Program-made: the position numbers and the translations under genes | Assembly: GCA_963666215.2 (NCBI GenBank) | Contig: CAXWPL010000004.1 | Location: 992,001-1,056,000, forward strand | Reading direction: 5' to 3' | Source: Acidobacteriota bacterium | GTDB lineage: Bacteria > Acidobacteriota > UBA890 > WLXD01 | DNA length: 64,000 bases | The notes under the pieces: generated by a model | What the model was told of the DNA's origin: nothing | Seen by the model: only the letters and a program-made list of their open reading frames with translations | The model's database searches: none | Shown: positions 10,461 to 21,052 of the stretch, piece by piece | Position numbering within the stretch: position 1 is the stretch's first letter | Layout of the letters: the number at the start of each line of letters is the position of its first letter

Positions 10461-13187
10461 CTACTCCGAGCGCAGAGCCACCAGTGGATCGACTCTCGTG
10501 GCACGCCGGCCTGGAACGTAGCTGGCCATCGCCGTTACACCCAGCAACAGCACCGTCACGGCCACGTAGGCCAGCGGCTGGAACACATCGATGCCGCGTA
10601 ACTGCGACGCGATGATGCGAGTTATTCCCGTGGCTGCCAGCAAGCCGAATGCCGCCCCGAGCACGCCGCGCGTCAGGCCGTAGCGCAGCACCAAGCCGTA
10701 CACCTCGCGCCGGTGAGCCCCCAGGGCGACTCGGATGCCGATCTCGCGCGTACGTTGCGACACCGCGTAGGACACCACGCCGTAGAGCCCGAAAGCGGCC
10801 AATAACAGCGTCAAGCTGGCCAGACCACCCACAACGAGCACGACCAGGCGTATTCCACGCGTCGATTGTCCGAGGGCATCGGTCATCGTGCGGACGTTGT
10901 AGGCGGGTTGGTCGGGGTCGAGCCGCATGATCTCGCCGCGGATGGCGGGGGCCAGCTCGCCCGGATCGATGGCGCTGCGGACCACTACCGACACGCCGCT
11001 GAAGGGCGTGTCGCGGTACGGCACGTAGATGCGCGGTGGCGCGTCCGGATCGAGCGGGCTCACACCGAGGCTGGCGACGACTCCGATTACCCGGCGCGCG
11101 TTGTCCTCGTCGGACCAAACACGAACCAGCTCGTTGGTTGGCCGCGCGTCGCCGAAGAAGCTGCGCGCCAGAGCTTCGTCGACGATGGCCACGGGCTCGC
11201 CGTTGGCCGCGACAGGAAAGTCGCGGCCGCTGGAGATGGGTGTGCCAAGAGTCTCGAAGAAGCCCGTACTGACGCTGACGTACTCCACCCACCGTGCGTC
11301 TTCGATCGCAGGGTCGGGCTCGCCGTCGCGTACCAAACCGCGCTGCAGCCGTGCACCGGCTCCGGGCAACGTCGTTCCGATCGCCGCGCTCTCGACTCCA
11401 GGAAGCGCTCGTATGGTCGCCAGCAGCTCGTCGACGAATCGTACGCGCTGCTCGGCGGGGTAGCGCTCTCCAGCCAGGTCGATCTGCATGGCCAGCAGGT
11501 GGTCGGGGTTGAACCCCTGGTCGGTCGTGAATGCACGCAGCGCCAGGCTCAGCAGTACGCCTGCGACCACCAGTAGAACCGTTGCCGCGGCCATTTGAGC
11601 TACCACCAGTGCGCTTCGTAGTCGCTGCCGCCTACCCGCCCCGGTTGCGCCGCTGCCTCCATCCTTGAGAGCTTCGTGGGGCCGAGCGCGTGACGCCTGC
11701 AACGCCGGCGCCAAGCCGAACACCACTCCGGTGACCGCGGAAATGCCGATAGTGAACAGTAAGACGTCGGCGTTCAGGGCGATGTCGTCGACGTTGACCA
11801 CCGCGGCGGGCACGATCGCGCGCAGGAGACCGATTCCCAGGTAGGCGACAACCAGGCTCACGGCTGCTCCCGCTCCGGCCAACAGGAAGCTCTCGGTGAG
11901 CAGCTGGCGGACGATGCGCCGGCTATCGGCTCCAAGAGCGAAGCGCAGCGCGATCTCGCGGGCGCGATACGCCGCGCGCGCCAGCAACAGGCTCATGACA
12001 TTGGCGCAGGCAACCAGCAACACCAACCCGACGATCGACATCAGGATCATCAGCGGCACGCGTGCCTCGCCGATCAGCCAGGCGCGCAGCGGTTCGACGT
12101 GAAAGCCCCAACCGCGGTTGGTCTCGGGGTATTCGGCTTCGAGGCGCGCCGCTATGCCAGCGGCCTCGACGCGCGCCAGCTCGAGTGTGGCGCCCGCGCG
12201 CAGGCGCGCCACGCTGCCCAGAAACATGTTGCTGCGGACGATGTATTCGGCGTCGATGGGGAGCGGCAGCAGGATATCGGCCTCGAGCTCCGTTGGCAGC
12301 GAGTCGACCACACCGACAACCGTGTGCTCGCGGCCGTTGACGCGGATCTCACGCCCGACGATGTTGGCGTCGGCGGCGAAGCGTTGCCGCCAGAAGCCGG
12401 CCGTCAGCAGCATCTCCGGCGGCGCGTCCACCGACTCGGCGCTGGCGTCGAAAGCGCGGCCGAGGTGCACCTTGGTTCGCAGAGCCTCGAGCAAGCCCGC
12501 GGTTACCATCGCCGCCGGCACTCGCTCAGGGAGCTCACCCGCGACGATGTTGCGGTTGATCGGCGTCGACATCCCCCAGCTCTCGAACAGCCCCGACTGC
12601 TCGGCCAGGTCGAGCATGTTCGGGTACGACACGTTTGAAGAGTCGAAGCCACGAGCGGGGTTCATCTGCTGCACGTAGAGCACGCGTTCGGGCTCTTCGA
12701 TCGGCACGGGTGTGAGCAGCATGGCGTTGATCACCGCAAACATGGCGCTGTTGGCGCCGATCCCCAGGCCGAGGATGATGGCGATCGTGGCGGTGAAGCT
12801 CGGCCTCTGAGTCAGCATGCGGAGGGCGTAGCGCACATCCTGTCCGAGGCGATCGATAAACGATCCGTGTTCCGTGGGCGGCCGTCCGGGCATGGGAGGC
12901 AGATGGCCCTCACCGCGCAATCGGGCCGCCAGGCCGTGCCGGACCGAGTCCTTGGCGAAAAAGGCAGTGCTGCGCAGGCTGCCGAACCCTCTGGCCGCTG
13001 CGACGTCCGATTGCGTTTCTATAAGGCTGCGCCCGTGACGCTCGCGGAGGTGATGGGGGAACGCCAGCAGAAGAGAGCGGCGAATTCGGCCTACATCGAC
13101 AACATCGACAACATCGAGGACATCGCGACTCTCGGTACGCGAGCTCCCTCCTCCCGGGTACGGCCGCGGCGGCTCGCGATGTCTCAC
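10461..13187 (-). CDS. ABC transporter permease, duplicated MacB/FtsX (ADOP-type)
   Basis: QDVRYALR, GLGIGANSAMF, LLVACANV, RTREIGIRVALGA, VDPLVALRSE; start overlaps the PadR stop. Confidence 0.9.
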   Translation of the reverse strand: MRHREPPRPYPGGGSSRTESRDVLDVVDVVDVGRIRRSLLLAFPHHLRERHGRSLIETQSDVAAARGFGSLRSTAFFAKDSVRHGLAARLRGEGHLPPMPGRPPTEHGSFIDRLGQDVRYALRMLTQRPSFTATIAIILGLGIGANSAMFAVINAMLLTPVPIEEPERVLYVQQMNPARGFDSSNVSYPNMLDLAEQSGLFESWGMSTPINRNIVAGELPERVPAAMVTAGLLEALRTKVHLGRAFDASAESVDAPPEMLLTAGFWRQRFAADANIVGREIRVNGREHTVVGVVDSLPTELEADILLPLPIDAEYIVRSNMFLGSVARLRAGATLELARVEAAGIAARLEAEYPETNRGWGFHVEPLRAWLIGEARVPLMILMSIVGLVLLVACANVMSLLLARAAYRAREIALRFALGADSRRIVRQLLTESFLLAGAGAAVSLVVAYLGIGLLRAIVPAAVVNVDDIALNADVLLFTIGISAVTGVVFGLAPALQASRARPHEALKDGGSGATGAGRRQRLRSALVVAQMAAATVLLVVAGVLLSLALRAFTTDQGFNPDHLLAMQIDLAGERYPAEQRVRFVDELLATIRALPGVESAAIGTTLPGAGARLQRGLVRDGEPDPAIEDARWVEYVSVSTGFFETLGTPISSGRDFPVAANGEPVAIVDEALARSFFGDARPTNELVRVWSDEDNARRVIGVVASLGVSPLDPDAPPRIYVPYRDTPFSGVSVVVRSAIDPGELAPAIRGEIMRLDPDQPAYNVRTMTDALGQSTRGIRLVVLVVGGLASLTLLLAAFGLYGVVSYAVSQRTREIGIRVALGAHRREVYGLVLRYGLTRGVLGAAFGLLAATGITRIIASQLRGIDVFQPLAYVAVTVLLLGVTAMASYVPGRRATRVDPLVALRSE
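13093..13126. repeat. Imperfect 9-bp tandem repeat (ACATCGACA) inside the permease 5' end
   Basis: acatcgaca acatcgaca acatcgagg acatcgc, encoding DVLDVVDVVDV on the minus strand. Confidence 0.5.
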
Positions 13188-13588
13188 GCGCTGTCCTTGG
13201 CGGGCGGAGCCGCAGCGCTCGGTGCCTGCGCGGCAATGTCGCGCAGCAGCGAGGCCTCGGCCGCCAGCACGCGACGTCCCGCGTTGGTGATGCTGTAGTA
13301 GCGCCGCCGCTCGTCACTCGCAGTATCGGCGGCACGCCGCTCGGCCTCAACCAGAAGTCCGCGTTCGAGCATGCGATCGAGCACGCGGTACAGGTTCCCG
13401 GGCGCCACCTGCACGCGCCCATGCGTGCGTTCCTCGATCTGCTGGACGATGCCGTAGCCGTGCGACTCGTCGTTGTTCAGCACGACGAGGACGAGAAACT
13501 CGATGCGTCTCAAAGGACTCTCCCGTTGCGGAGCGGTTGGAGGTGCCAAGTGAACTCTGCTCCGAGCGAGCATACTCATAACGAGCAC
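13184..13588 (-). CDS. PadR family transcriptional regulator
   Basis: HGYGIVQQI, PGNLYRVLDRM, RRRYYSIT; exact start uncertain. Confidence 0.9.
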   Translation of the reverse strand: MLVMSMLARSRVHLAPPTAPQRESPLRRIEFLVLVVLNNDESHGYGIVQQIEERTHGRVQVAPGNLYRVLDRMLERGLLVEAERRAADTASDERRRYYSITNAGRRVLAAEASLLRDIAAQAPSAAAPPAKDSA

Positions 13589-13626
13589 ATTGCCGCAAGG
13601 ACAACGAGTATTAGAGTGGCCCCACC

Positions 13627-14226
13627 ATGTCGCGCATCCATGGAGTCATCGAAGGTGGGTCGCTGCTGGCACGGATCGCGTTTCGTGCCTGTCGCAAGAA
13701 GATCGGCCGCGTCGTACGACCCGTCCGCGTGCACGCCCTCTACAATCGGCTGTTGTTCGGCTACGGCCAGATGGAGATGGCGCAGGAAAAGGCGACCACG
13801 GTACCCGTTGCCCTCAAATCCCTGGCGCAACTGAGGGTTGCCACACGAATCGGGTGTCCGTTTTGAATCGACATCGGTTCTGCCGTGGGCAGACAACAAG
13901 GCCTGACGGACCAGCAGCTCCGGGATCTTCCCGACTATGAGAGCTCGTCCGCCTTCTCCGACGTCGAGCGCGCCGTGCTGCGTTATGCCGACGCCATGTC
14001 GGACACACCGGTGGATGTTGCCGACGAGGTGTTCGCCGGCGTCCGCCAGCACCTCGAGGAGGTGCAGATCGTCGAGCTGACGTCGGCGATTGCCTGGGAG
14101 CACTACCGAGCGCGCTTCGATCACGCGCTGGGTATCGAGTCGGAAGGCTTCTCGGAGGGCGCCTTCTGTGCCCTATCTGCCGCGGCCGCGGCCGCTGACG
14201 CAGACGGCTCGGGGGACGCTTCATGA
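13627..14226 (+). CDS. AhpD/carboxymuconolactone decarboxylase-family protein, predicted selenoprotein (CxxU)
   Basis: ORFs 13627-13866 and 13885-14226 are in one frame, joined by TGA 13864-13866 in RIGCPF*IDIGSAVG; downstream CMD features (FSDVERAVLRYADAM, IVELTSAIAWE); hairpin follows the UGA. Confidence 0.8.
13876..13897 (+). promoter_or_regulatory. Putative bacterial SECIS element
   Basis: UGA-AUCGACAUC-GGUUCUGCC-GUG-GGCAGAC: stem UCUGCC/GGCAGA, G-C closing pair with bulged U, apical GU. Confidence 0.65.
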
Positions 14227-14891
14227 CGTCGGATTCTTCGGGCTCCAGGATCGAGCTCGACGGCGCAACGTATGCGCCGCGACGCATTTTTTGTATCGGC
14301 CGCAACTACGCCGACCACGCCGCCGAGCTTGGCAATCGAGTGCCCGAGTCGCCGGTGATCTTCATGAAACCGGTGAGTTGCCTGGTGCCGGCGGGCAGGA
14401 CGATCCGCCGCCCGACCCATGGCTCCGACCTGCACTTCGAGGCCGAGCTCGTTCTCTTGATCGGCGGCGATCCAGGATCCGAACAGACGCCGGCGAGCGG
14501 AGCGGCCACGATTGTCGGCGTTGCTCTGGGTCTCGACCTGACGCTGCGCGACCTGCAGTCGAGCTTCAAGGACCGCGGGCTGCCTTGGGAGCTGGCGAAG
14601 GCGTTCGACGGCAGCGCACCGATTGGCGACTTCGTGGCGGCCTCGGCGGTGGACTTGGCCAGCCTCGAGTTCACCTGCAGCGTCAACGGCAGCGTCCGCC
14701 AGCGCGGCAACACGGCCGACATGATTTTCCCGCCGAGCGCGCTGATGGCCGCGATCTCTCGCGCCTGGACCCTACTTCCGGGCGATCTTATCTATACGGG
14801 GACTCCGGCCGGCGTGGGCGGTCTGGATGCCGGCGACCGTGTGGTCGTGGAGGCCGAAGAAATCGGGTCGTTTGCTTGGAATATTGGCTAG
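14223..14891 (+). CDS. Fumarylacetoacetate hydrolase family protein
   Basis: CIGRNYADHAAE, IFMKP, HFEAEL, DLTLRDLQ, PGDLIYTGTPAGVG; ATGA overlap with the upstream gene. Confidence 0.92.
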   Translation: MTSDSSGSRIELDGATYAPRRIFCIGRNYADHAAELGNRVPESPVIFMKPVSCLVPAGRTIRRPTHGSDLHFEAELVLLIGGDPGSEQTPASGAATIVGVALGLDLTLRDLQSSFKDRGLPWELAKAFDGSAPIGDFVAASAVDLASLEFTCSVNGSVRQRGNTADMIFPPSALMAAISRAWTLLPGDLIYTGTPAGVGGLDAGDRVVVEAEEIGSFAWNIG

Positions 14892-14997
14892 CGCTGAGGG
14901 TTCGCGCGGAAGGCAGGCCCACCCGGAACACCAGTTCGCGCAAAAGACAGGCTCACGCCGAACACCGGCTCGCGAATGCTCGGATCAGGCGCGCCGC

Positions 14998-15249
14998 CTA
15001 GACCGAACCTTCCGTGCGGGCGAACAGCGAGTCTTTCTCGCCGTTGAAGCGCCAGCCGCCTTTGAAGCCGATGGGCTTGCGGTAGATGATCCGCACCGCA
15101 CTCGAGTTGATCACGCAAGTCTCGGGCTCGCCTTCGTACGTCTTGGCGCCGCGCGGGATGTACTCGATGAACTTGCCCTCGCACGCGTAGCGCGCGTCGT
15201 CCGCCTCGACCACGGTGTCGTCGGTGAGCTCAATCAAGTAGCGGGCCAT
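14998..15249 (-). CDS. Small hypothetical protein (83 aa)
   Basis: GAGGAAAGG upstream of ATG; protein-like composition; same strand as the upstream permease. Confidence 0.6.
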   Translation of the reverse strand: MARYLIELTDDTVVEADDARYACEGKFIEYIPRGAKTYEGEPETCVINSSAVRIIYRKPIGFKGGWRFNGEKDSLFARTEGSV

Positions 15250-15291
15250 TGTCGCCTTTCCTCGAACGCCGTCGACGTCTTGTTGCCGTGC

Positions 15292-17955
15292 TCACTCGTC
15301 TCGCAAGGCGTGCGCCGGATCCACGCGGGTGGCACGCAGCGTGGGTCCCGCCGCGGCGAGCAGTCCGATCAACATCAGCGACAGCGCGGTAGCGCCAAGA
15401 GTCAGCGGGTCGCGACCCGACACGTTGAGGAGCAGCGACCGCAGCAAGCCCTCGGTGGCGAGCATCAACAGCATACCCAGGCCGATGCCGATGAGCGCTA
15501 GCTTGGCGGCCTCGCCGCCAAAGAGCCCCACCACGCTGGAGCGCTGAGCCCCGAGCGCCATCCGTATTCCCACCTCGCGGGAACGGCTCGAGGCCACGAA
15601 CGATACGGTGCCGTAGAGGCCGATCGCCGCGAGGGCGAGCGCCAGCGCACCGCTGATTCCCACCAGCCGGCCCATCAGCACCGTGTCGGCCAGCGACCGA
15701 CCTATGCGCTCGCGCAGCGTGCCGGTGGAGAAAATGCCGAGCTCCGGGTCGAGGTCGGCAACCAGGTCGCGCAGCGGCGCGCTCAGGGTGTTGACGTCGC
15801 CTTGGGCGCGCACGAACAGGCTCGAGCCCCCCGCGTATGTTTGCGACCGCGGCACATACATCGAGGGCCGCGGACTCTCGCGCAGGGAGCGGTTCTGCAC
15901 GTCGGCGACGATGCCGATGACTCGCAGCGATTCTGAGAGATCCGACTCTGGGTCGAGCGCCAGCAATCGGTCGATGGCGCGCTCACCAGGCCAGAGAAGC
16001 TCCGCGGCGGATCGTGAGAGGAGTACGACTGGCGCCATGTCCGCGCCACTATTGGCCGGAGCAAAGCCCTCACCCTCGAGAATCGACATCCCGAGCGCTT
16101 CGAAGTAGCCGGCATCCACTGTGGCCGTGTCGACTTGGGTGAACGGTTGGGACATTTGCGGGCGCGGCGTTGGCCACGGAACCGAGCGTCGCGACCAACC
16201 GGTGAAGGGGACGCCCGAGCCGATGCCGGCGGCGTCGACACCCGGGAGAGCGGCCGCGCGTTGCGCCAGCTCGTCCAGGAACAAGCCGCCGCGAACCGGG
16301 TCGTAACCAGCTCGATCGAGGTTCAGCGACACCGTCATGACGTTGGCCGTATTGAACCCTGGGTCTGCGTTCTGGGCCTGCATCGTGCTCCGCAGCAGCA
16401 AGCCGGTTGCGGCGAGAAGCGCGAACGACAGCGCGAGCTGACCCACTACCAGCCCGCTGCGCGTGAATCCAGCGCGACGTCCAGCGAGCGGCGAACCGTC
16501 TTTGAGCGTGTCGACGATGTCGTCGCGCGAGGCACGCAGCGCCGGCGCCAGGCCGAACACGACGCCCGCCACAACGCTCAATGCCATCGCGAAGGCGAAG
16601 ACCCGCAGGTCGGGTCGGAAGTCGTAGCCTACGGCCATGGGCAGCAACGCCGGTATGGCTCCCGTGGTCCAGATGGTGAGCAGAGCCGCCACCACGCCTC
16701 CGGCGCAGGCAATCAAAACGCTCTCGGTCAGCACCTGGCGGACGATGCGAAGCTTGCCGGCGCCGAGCGCCGAGCGCACCGCAAGCTCCTGGGAGCGCGA
16801 CATGCCGCGCGCCAACAGCATGCTCGCCAGGTTGGCGCATGCGACCACCAGAACCGCCACGACGACAAGCTGCAACAAGAACAAGATCTGCGCCACCGCG
16901 CTACGCTCAGCGGGCCGCATTCCAACCTTGAAGTCAACGCCCAGCGAGTGGTTGGCGCGCTCGCCCCAGGCATCGAAGTAGGCCGACTGGTAGATCGCGT
17001 CGAGCTCGGCGCGCAGCGCCTCCGGCGCTACATCGGGGAAACGTCGCGCCACCACCCACAGCCAGCTGAAGCCGGGCTCGTTGAACTCGGCATAGTCCGG
17101 ACCGAGCACCAGGCCAGCCAGCCCTAGCGGTACAAAAACGTCGCTCGCGGCGTGCAGCACGTCGGTGCCGCGGAAGCCGGGCTCGGCGATGCCGACAATC
17201 TGGTAGTCGGAGCCGTTGATGCGCAGGTTGCTGCCGAGCGTGTCGGCCGACCGCCCGAAGCGCTGTGTCCATAGCTGATCGCTAATCACCACCACATGCT
17301 CCGGCGCGCGGGTGGCGTCGGTCCCGGCGAAGTCGCGGCCCTGCGCCATCTTCGTGCCGAGGACAGTGAAGAAGTCCTCGGTTACCAGTTGGCCATTGAC
17401 CACCTCGACCGCGTCGCTCTTGCCGAGCACCATCGAACGGCCTGCAAAAGCGGCCACACTTTGCAGGCTCTGCGCGGACTCACGTAGGTCCCAGTAGTGG
17501 GGAAACGAGAGGTTGTCGAAGCCCTCTTCGTCGCGGTCGCGGCCGATTTGCACCACCAGGTCGGGTTCGCCGATGCCGTCCGGAGCGTGCCACAACGTCG
17601 CGTTGGCCATGCTGAAGATGGTCGTGTTGACGCCGATGCCGAGAGCCATCGTCAGCACGGCGAGCAGCGTGAAACCGGGAGTCCGGGCGAGCGCCCGGGC
17701 GGCAAAGCGAACGTCTTGTAGCAGAACACTCATGGTCCATTCCTTACGTTCCCAAAGCCCGTGCGACACGGCGCCGAAGCTGAGTGCGAGGGGAGAGGGG
17801 GCGTTGTGCGACGTGTGATCGTCGGAGTGGTGCTGCAGCTGCCACAGCTCCGCCTGCCAGCCTTCGAGCCAGCGCGAGCGTTCGCTTGCCGGCACCAGCA
17901 GGCTCGACACGCGGAGCAGCCCGACAGCCAGTGCCAAACGGAGAGAGGTCACCAT
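15292..17955 (-). CDS. ABC transporter permease, duplicated MacB/FtsX (ADOP-type)
   Basis: [48 protein letters not shown]; ATG at 17955 two nt after the PadR stop. Confidence 0.9.
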   Translation of the reverse strand: MVTSLRLALAVGLLRVSSLLVPASERSRWLEGWQAELWQLQHHSDDHTSHNAPSPLALSFGAVSHGLWERKEWTMSVLLQDVRFAARALARTPGFTLLAVLTMALGIGVNTTIFSMANATLWHAPDGIGEPDLVVQIGRDRDEEGFDNLSFPHYWDLRESAQSLQSVAAFAGRSMVLGKSDAVEVVNGQLVTEDFFTVLGTKMAQGRDFAGTDATRAPEHVVVISDQLWTQRFGRSADTLGSNLRINGSDYQIVGIAEPGFRGTDVLHAASDVFVPLGLAGLVLGPDYAEFNEPGFSWLWVVARRFPDVAPEALRAELDAIYQSAYFDAWGERANHSLGVDFKVGMRPAERSAVAQILFLLQLVVVAVLVVACANLASMLLARGMSRSQELAVRSALGAGKLRIVRQVLTESVLIACAGGVVAALLTIWTTGAIPALLPMAVGYDFRPDLRVFAFAMALSVVAGVVFGLAPALRASRDDIVDTLKDGSPLAGRRAGFTRSGLVVGQLALSFALLAATGLLLRSTMQAQNADPGFNTANVMTVSLNLDRAGYDPVRGGLFLDELAQRAAALPGVDAAGIGSGVPFTGWSRRSVPWPTPRPQMSQPFTQVDTATVDAGYFEALGMSILEGEGFAPANSGADMAPVVLLSRSAAELLWPGERAIDRLLALDPESDLSESLRVIGIVADVQNRSLRESPRPSMYVPRSQTYAGGSSLFVRAQGDVNTLSAPLRDLVADLDPELGIFSTGTLRERIGRSLADTVLMGRLVGISGALALALAAIGLYGTVSFVASSRSREVGIRMALGAQRSSVVGLFGGEAAKLALIGIGLGMLLMLATEGLLRSLLLNVSGRDPLTLGATALSLMLIGLLAAAGPTLRATRVDPAHALRDE

Positions 17956-17957
17956 CG

Positions 17958-18293
17958 CTAGCTCCGTGCAACCGGAGCAGATCGCGAGGCTTCCGAGATT
18001 GCCTCGCCACTGGCCAGCGCGCCGAACTCGTCGAGCGCCGCATGCAGCGCCTCGCGCCCGGCGCGCGTGAGGTCGTAGTAGCGCCGCCGCGGTCTTCCGT
18101 CGGCGTCGGCCACACGCTGCTTCTCCCATGCCGTCGTCACGAAGCCGCGCTTCTGCAGACGTCCGAGAGTTACGTACACCGTCCCCGTGGCCAGTCCAGT
18201 GTGCTCGATGATGTCGAGTCCGTAGCGGTGCTCGGCGTCGACCGCCTTGAGGATCGCTACCGTGGCAAAGCCCAGCCGTCGGTTTCGATGCAT
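17958..18293 (-). CDS. PadR family transcriptional regulator
   Basis: [26 protein letters not shown]. Confidence 0.9.
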   Translation of the reverse strand: MHRNRRLGFATVAILKAVDAEHRYGLDIIEHTGLATGTVYVTLGRLQKRGFVTTAWEKQRVADADGRPRRRYYDLTRAGREALHAALDEFGALASGEAISEASRSAPVARS

Positions 18294-18350
18294 GCGGTGC
18301 TCCCTGACTCAGGTGGATACTCGGCTGGATACTCAGCCTGGTTAATTCTG

Positions 18351-18382
18351 GTTATTATTGATAGATACCTTACATTAATAAC
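18351..18382. promoter_or_regulatory. AT-rich imperfect palindrome, candidate PadR promoter/operator
   Basis: GTTATTATTGATAG-ATAC-CTTACATTAATAAC in otherwise GC-rich DNA, about 60 nt upstream of the PadR start. Confidence 0.5.
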
Positions 18383-18440
18383 TAAGCCGACGGCAACTCG
18401 GAGTGAGCTCGGCACCGGGAGTTGCCAGGTCGGGACCGCG

Positions 18441-19397
18441 CTACGATCGCCACACTCGGCGCCCGGTGAACAGCTTCCGCGGAAGGCGCCATAGATTCTG
18501 AAATTTCTCGCGCAGCCCTACAGGTCGAAGGTAGCGCTGCGGAACGCGCGGCTTGGGAAGCCGCTTCGTCTGCGCCGCCCCCAAGAGCTGCGGACTCAAA
18601 GTCAACTTGGCGATACGCTCATCGATTGATTCTGATTCGGTGACCCACTCCTCGTTAAGCCCGTAGGCGGATTGAGAACGTCTGTCCACCTTTCCCCAGT
18701 CATAGTCGAGTCGTCGCCTTCGCTGGTTCTTTCGCGGATGCCGGAGGTGATAGACGTGGCCGATCTTGCGGGCTCGTCCCGTCATGTCGAGCGCCGCGTG
18801 GCAAAACACCGAGTCCTTGTGGGTGTTGGTGAACGCGAGATCTTCACGAAAGCCTCCTATCCGATCGAACAGGGACTTCGAGCAGAAGATGAAGTCGCCC
18901 GAGGCGGCGCAAAAGGGAGCTGGATCGTCGGCGTGGTGGTCGCTCAACCGCGGATCGTCGACGCCAGATTCATCGTCGACTTCGATCCGCCCGGCCCTGT
19001 AGAGCGCGTCCCGATCGAAGCCTCCACGTTCGAGAAAGTCGAGCGTATCCACGCCAAGAAAGTTGTCCGGATTGGTCAGCAACAGCCAATCGCCGCGGGC
19101 GCGCTGGGCGCCGACGTTCTTGGCGTGATACTCGAACACGGTGATATGTCGATTGCGACTGACGTGTTGATGCAACGCGCCGTCCACGACGACACAGCGG
19201 GCTCGGTCGAAGGTGGCCACTACCTCATGCGATAGAAGCGGTCGAGACGGCAATGGGTTCCACTCGACAAAGACGAGCTCGGTCTCGATGCCGCGCAGGG
19301 CAAGCGCGTCGAGGTTGTGGCGGGCGGTGGCGAACAGCCGGCCCTCAAAATCGCCGCCGTAGTTGTCGTTGCGGCCGACGATAACGATCGAAATCAT
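18441..19397 (-). CDS. Glycosyltransferase family A-like protein
   Basis: ISIVIVGRNDNYGG, KNVGAQRARGDWLLLTNPD, ASGDF, IGGFRE. Confidence 0.65.
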   Translation of the reverse strand: MISIVIVGRNDNYGGDFEGRLFATARHNLDALALRGIETELVFVEWNPLPSRPLLSHEVVATFDRARCVVVDGALHQHVSRNRHITVFEYHAKNVGAQRARGDWLLLTNPDNFLGVDTLDFLERGGFDRDALYRAGRIEVDDESGVDDPRLSDHHADDPAPFCAASGDFIFCSKSLFDRIGGFREDLAFTNTHKDSVFCHAALDMTGRARKIGHVYHLRHPRKNQRRRRLDYDWGKVDRRSQSAYGLNEEWVTESESIDERIAKLTLSPQLLGAAQTKRLPKPRVPQRYLRPVGLREKFQNLWRLPRKLFTGRRVWRS

Positions 19398-19571
19398 GCG
19401 CCGACGCCGCTCGCATCAGAGTCGCAGGTGCTTTTCGCTCGTACGGTCGTGTGGATCATGTTCTGCGGCCCCCGCCTAACTTGACAGTACCCAGCGGCAC
19501 CATCACATTGCGCTCCGGAGTGCGTTTTCACCGGGCGGCCTCCGTCAGGCGCCTGAATTAGGAGTACTACC

Positions 19572-20986
19572 GTGCGGAAGTCCTTGTTGATAGTCGCTCT
19601 GTCCGCGTTCATGGCCACCGCGTCGGCCGGATCTCCGGTCGTCGGCCAGGAGGCGGCGCACGGGATCAGCTCGGTGCGTGATGTCGAGGCGGTCTACGGG
19701 ACGCGCGCGCAGGCGGAGATCATGGAGCGACTGTTGCGGTCGAAGGTCGCGACCGTGTTGCCGGAGGTCATGCGGCGAGCGGGCGCGGACGTGTGGATTG
19801 TGCGCAACACCGATGGACCGATCTACCTGTCGTTGTTGCCCGCCGACGTCGACGGTCACGTTGCCGAGTGGTGGCCGTTTATCGTCGTCCACGATCGCGG
19901 TGCGGAGGCTGGCGTTGAGCGCACGGGTGCCCGCTTCGACGACCTGGCCGGCATCGTCAGGGCGAGCGCCCCGGACAAGATCGTCATCAACAACGGTTTC
20001 AGCGACGAACATCGCGCCGAGCTGGCGCGGCGCATCGGCGCGACGTACGCCGAGCGCCTGACCTCCGATTCCGACCTCGCCATTTGGTAGCTGGAGACGC
20101 GAACGCCCGAGGAGATCAGCATCTTCCGACACGTTATCGGCGTGGCCCACGATGTGATTGGTGAGGGCTATTCGAACCGGGTCGTCGTGCCCGATGTCAC
20201 CACCACCAACGATCTGAACTGGTGGATTCGGCAGCGCTACATCGACCTCGGGGTCGACACCGACGACCACCCGACGATCACCGTGCAGCGCAGCCAAGTC
20301 GAGCGCGCCAAGTACACCGATCCGGACGACTACTTCCGCATCGACACGAGCCCGCGCAACGGCATGGACAGCGTCATCCGGCGCGGCGATCTGCTGTTCG
20401 TCGATACCGGCATCCGCTACCTCGGTATCAACACCGACACGCAGCAGGCCGCCTACGTGCTCCTGCTGGGCGAGACCGACGCGCCCGAAGGCCTGAAGGA
20501 GGCGATGCGCCACCTCAACCGGCTGCAGACATCATCGGCGAGGAAATGCGGCACGGGCGCACGGGTCGCGATATCGGCATGGCCGCATCGGCTCGCGCCA
20601 GCCAGGAAGGCATCCGTCCACGGATCTACGCCCACCCGATCAGCTACTGGTTCATGCGCCACCAGCTCAACGGCGGGTTCTTCACCCGCGACCACTACTT
20701 CGCTGGCACCGCCATCACCGACCAGCCACCGGCCGATCGAGACGACGATCGTGATCGGGGCCCGCGCTACGACCTGCGCGGCCCGCCGTTCTACTTCCGT
20801 CTCAGCAGCGCCGATCACCCGCTGGTGTACAACACCGTCTACGCACTGGAGATCGACATCGAGTACTCCGTCCCCGAGTGGAACGGCCAGGACATCCGCC
20901 TGCACTCGGAAACGGTCACCGCATTCACGCGGGACGGCATGGCTTATCCCGCCGGCCGGCAGACGGAGTGGTATCTGATCCGCTAG
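19572..20986 (+). pseudogene. M24 family (Xaa-Pro) aminopeptidase, disrupted
   Basis: Signal peptide; in-frame TAG at 20088-20090 (LAIW*LETRTPEE); 1-nt frameshift near 20529 (RLQ/DIIGEE); GDLLFVDTG, NTDTQ and IYAHPI motifs. Confidence 0.75.
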
Positions 20987-21052
20987 GACTCTGACCGCGC
21001 CCCGGTGGCGCGCAGATCCACGAACAGGGCATCGGGGTCTTGCCCCTACCCG

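Noticed and set aside
20088-20090. TAG as pyrrolysine or stop-codon reassignment
   Set aside because: The same gene also has a frameshift, TAG ends many intact genes in the window, and no pyl genes are visible.
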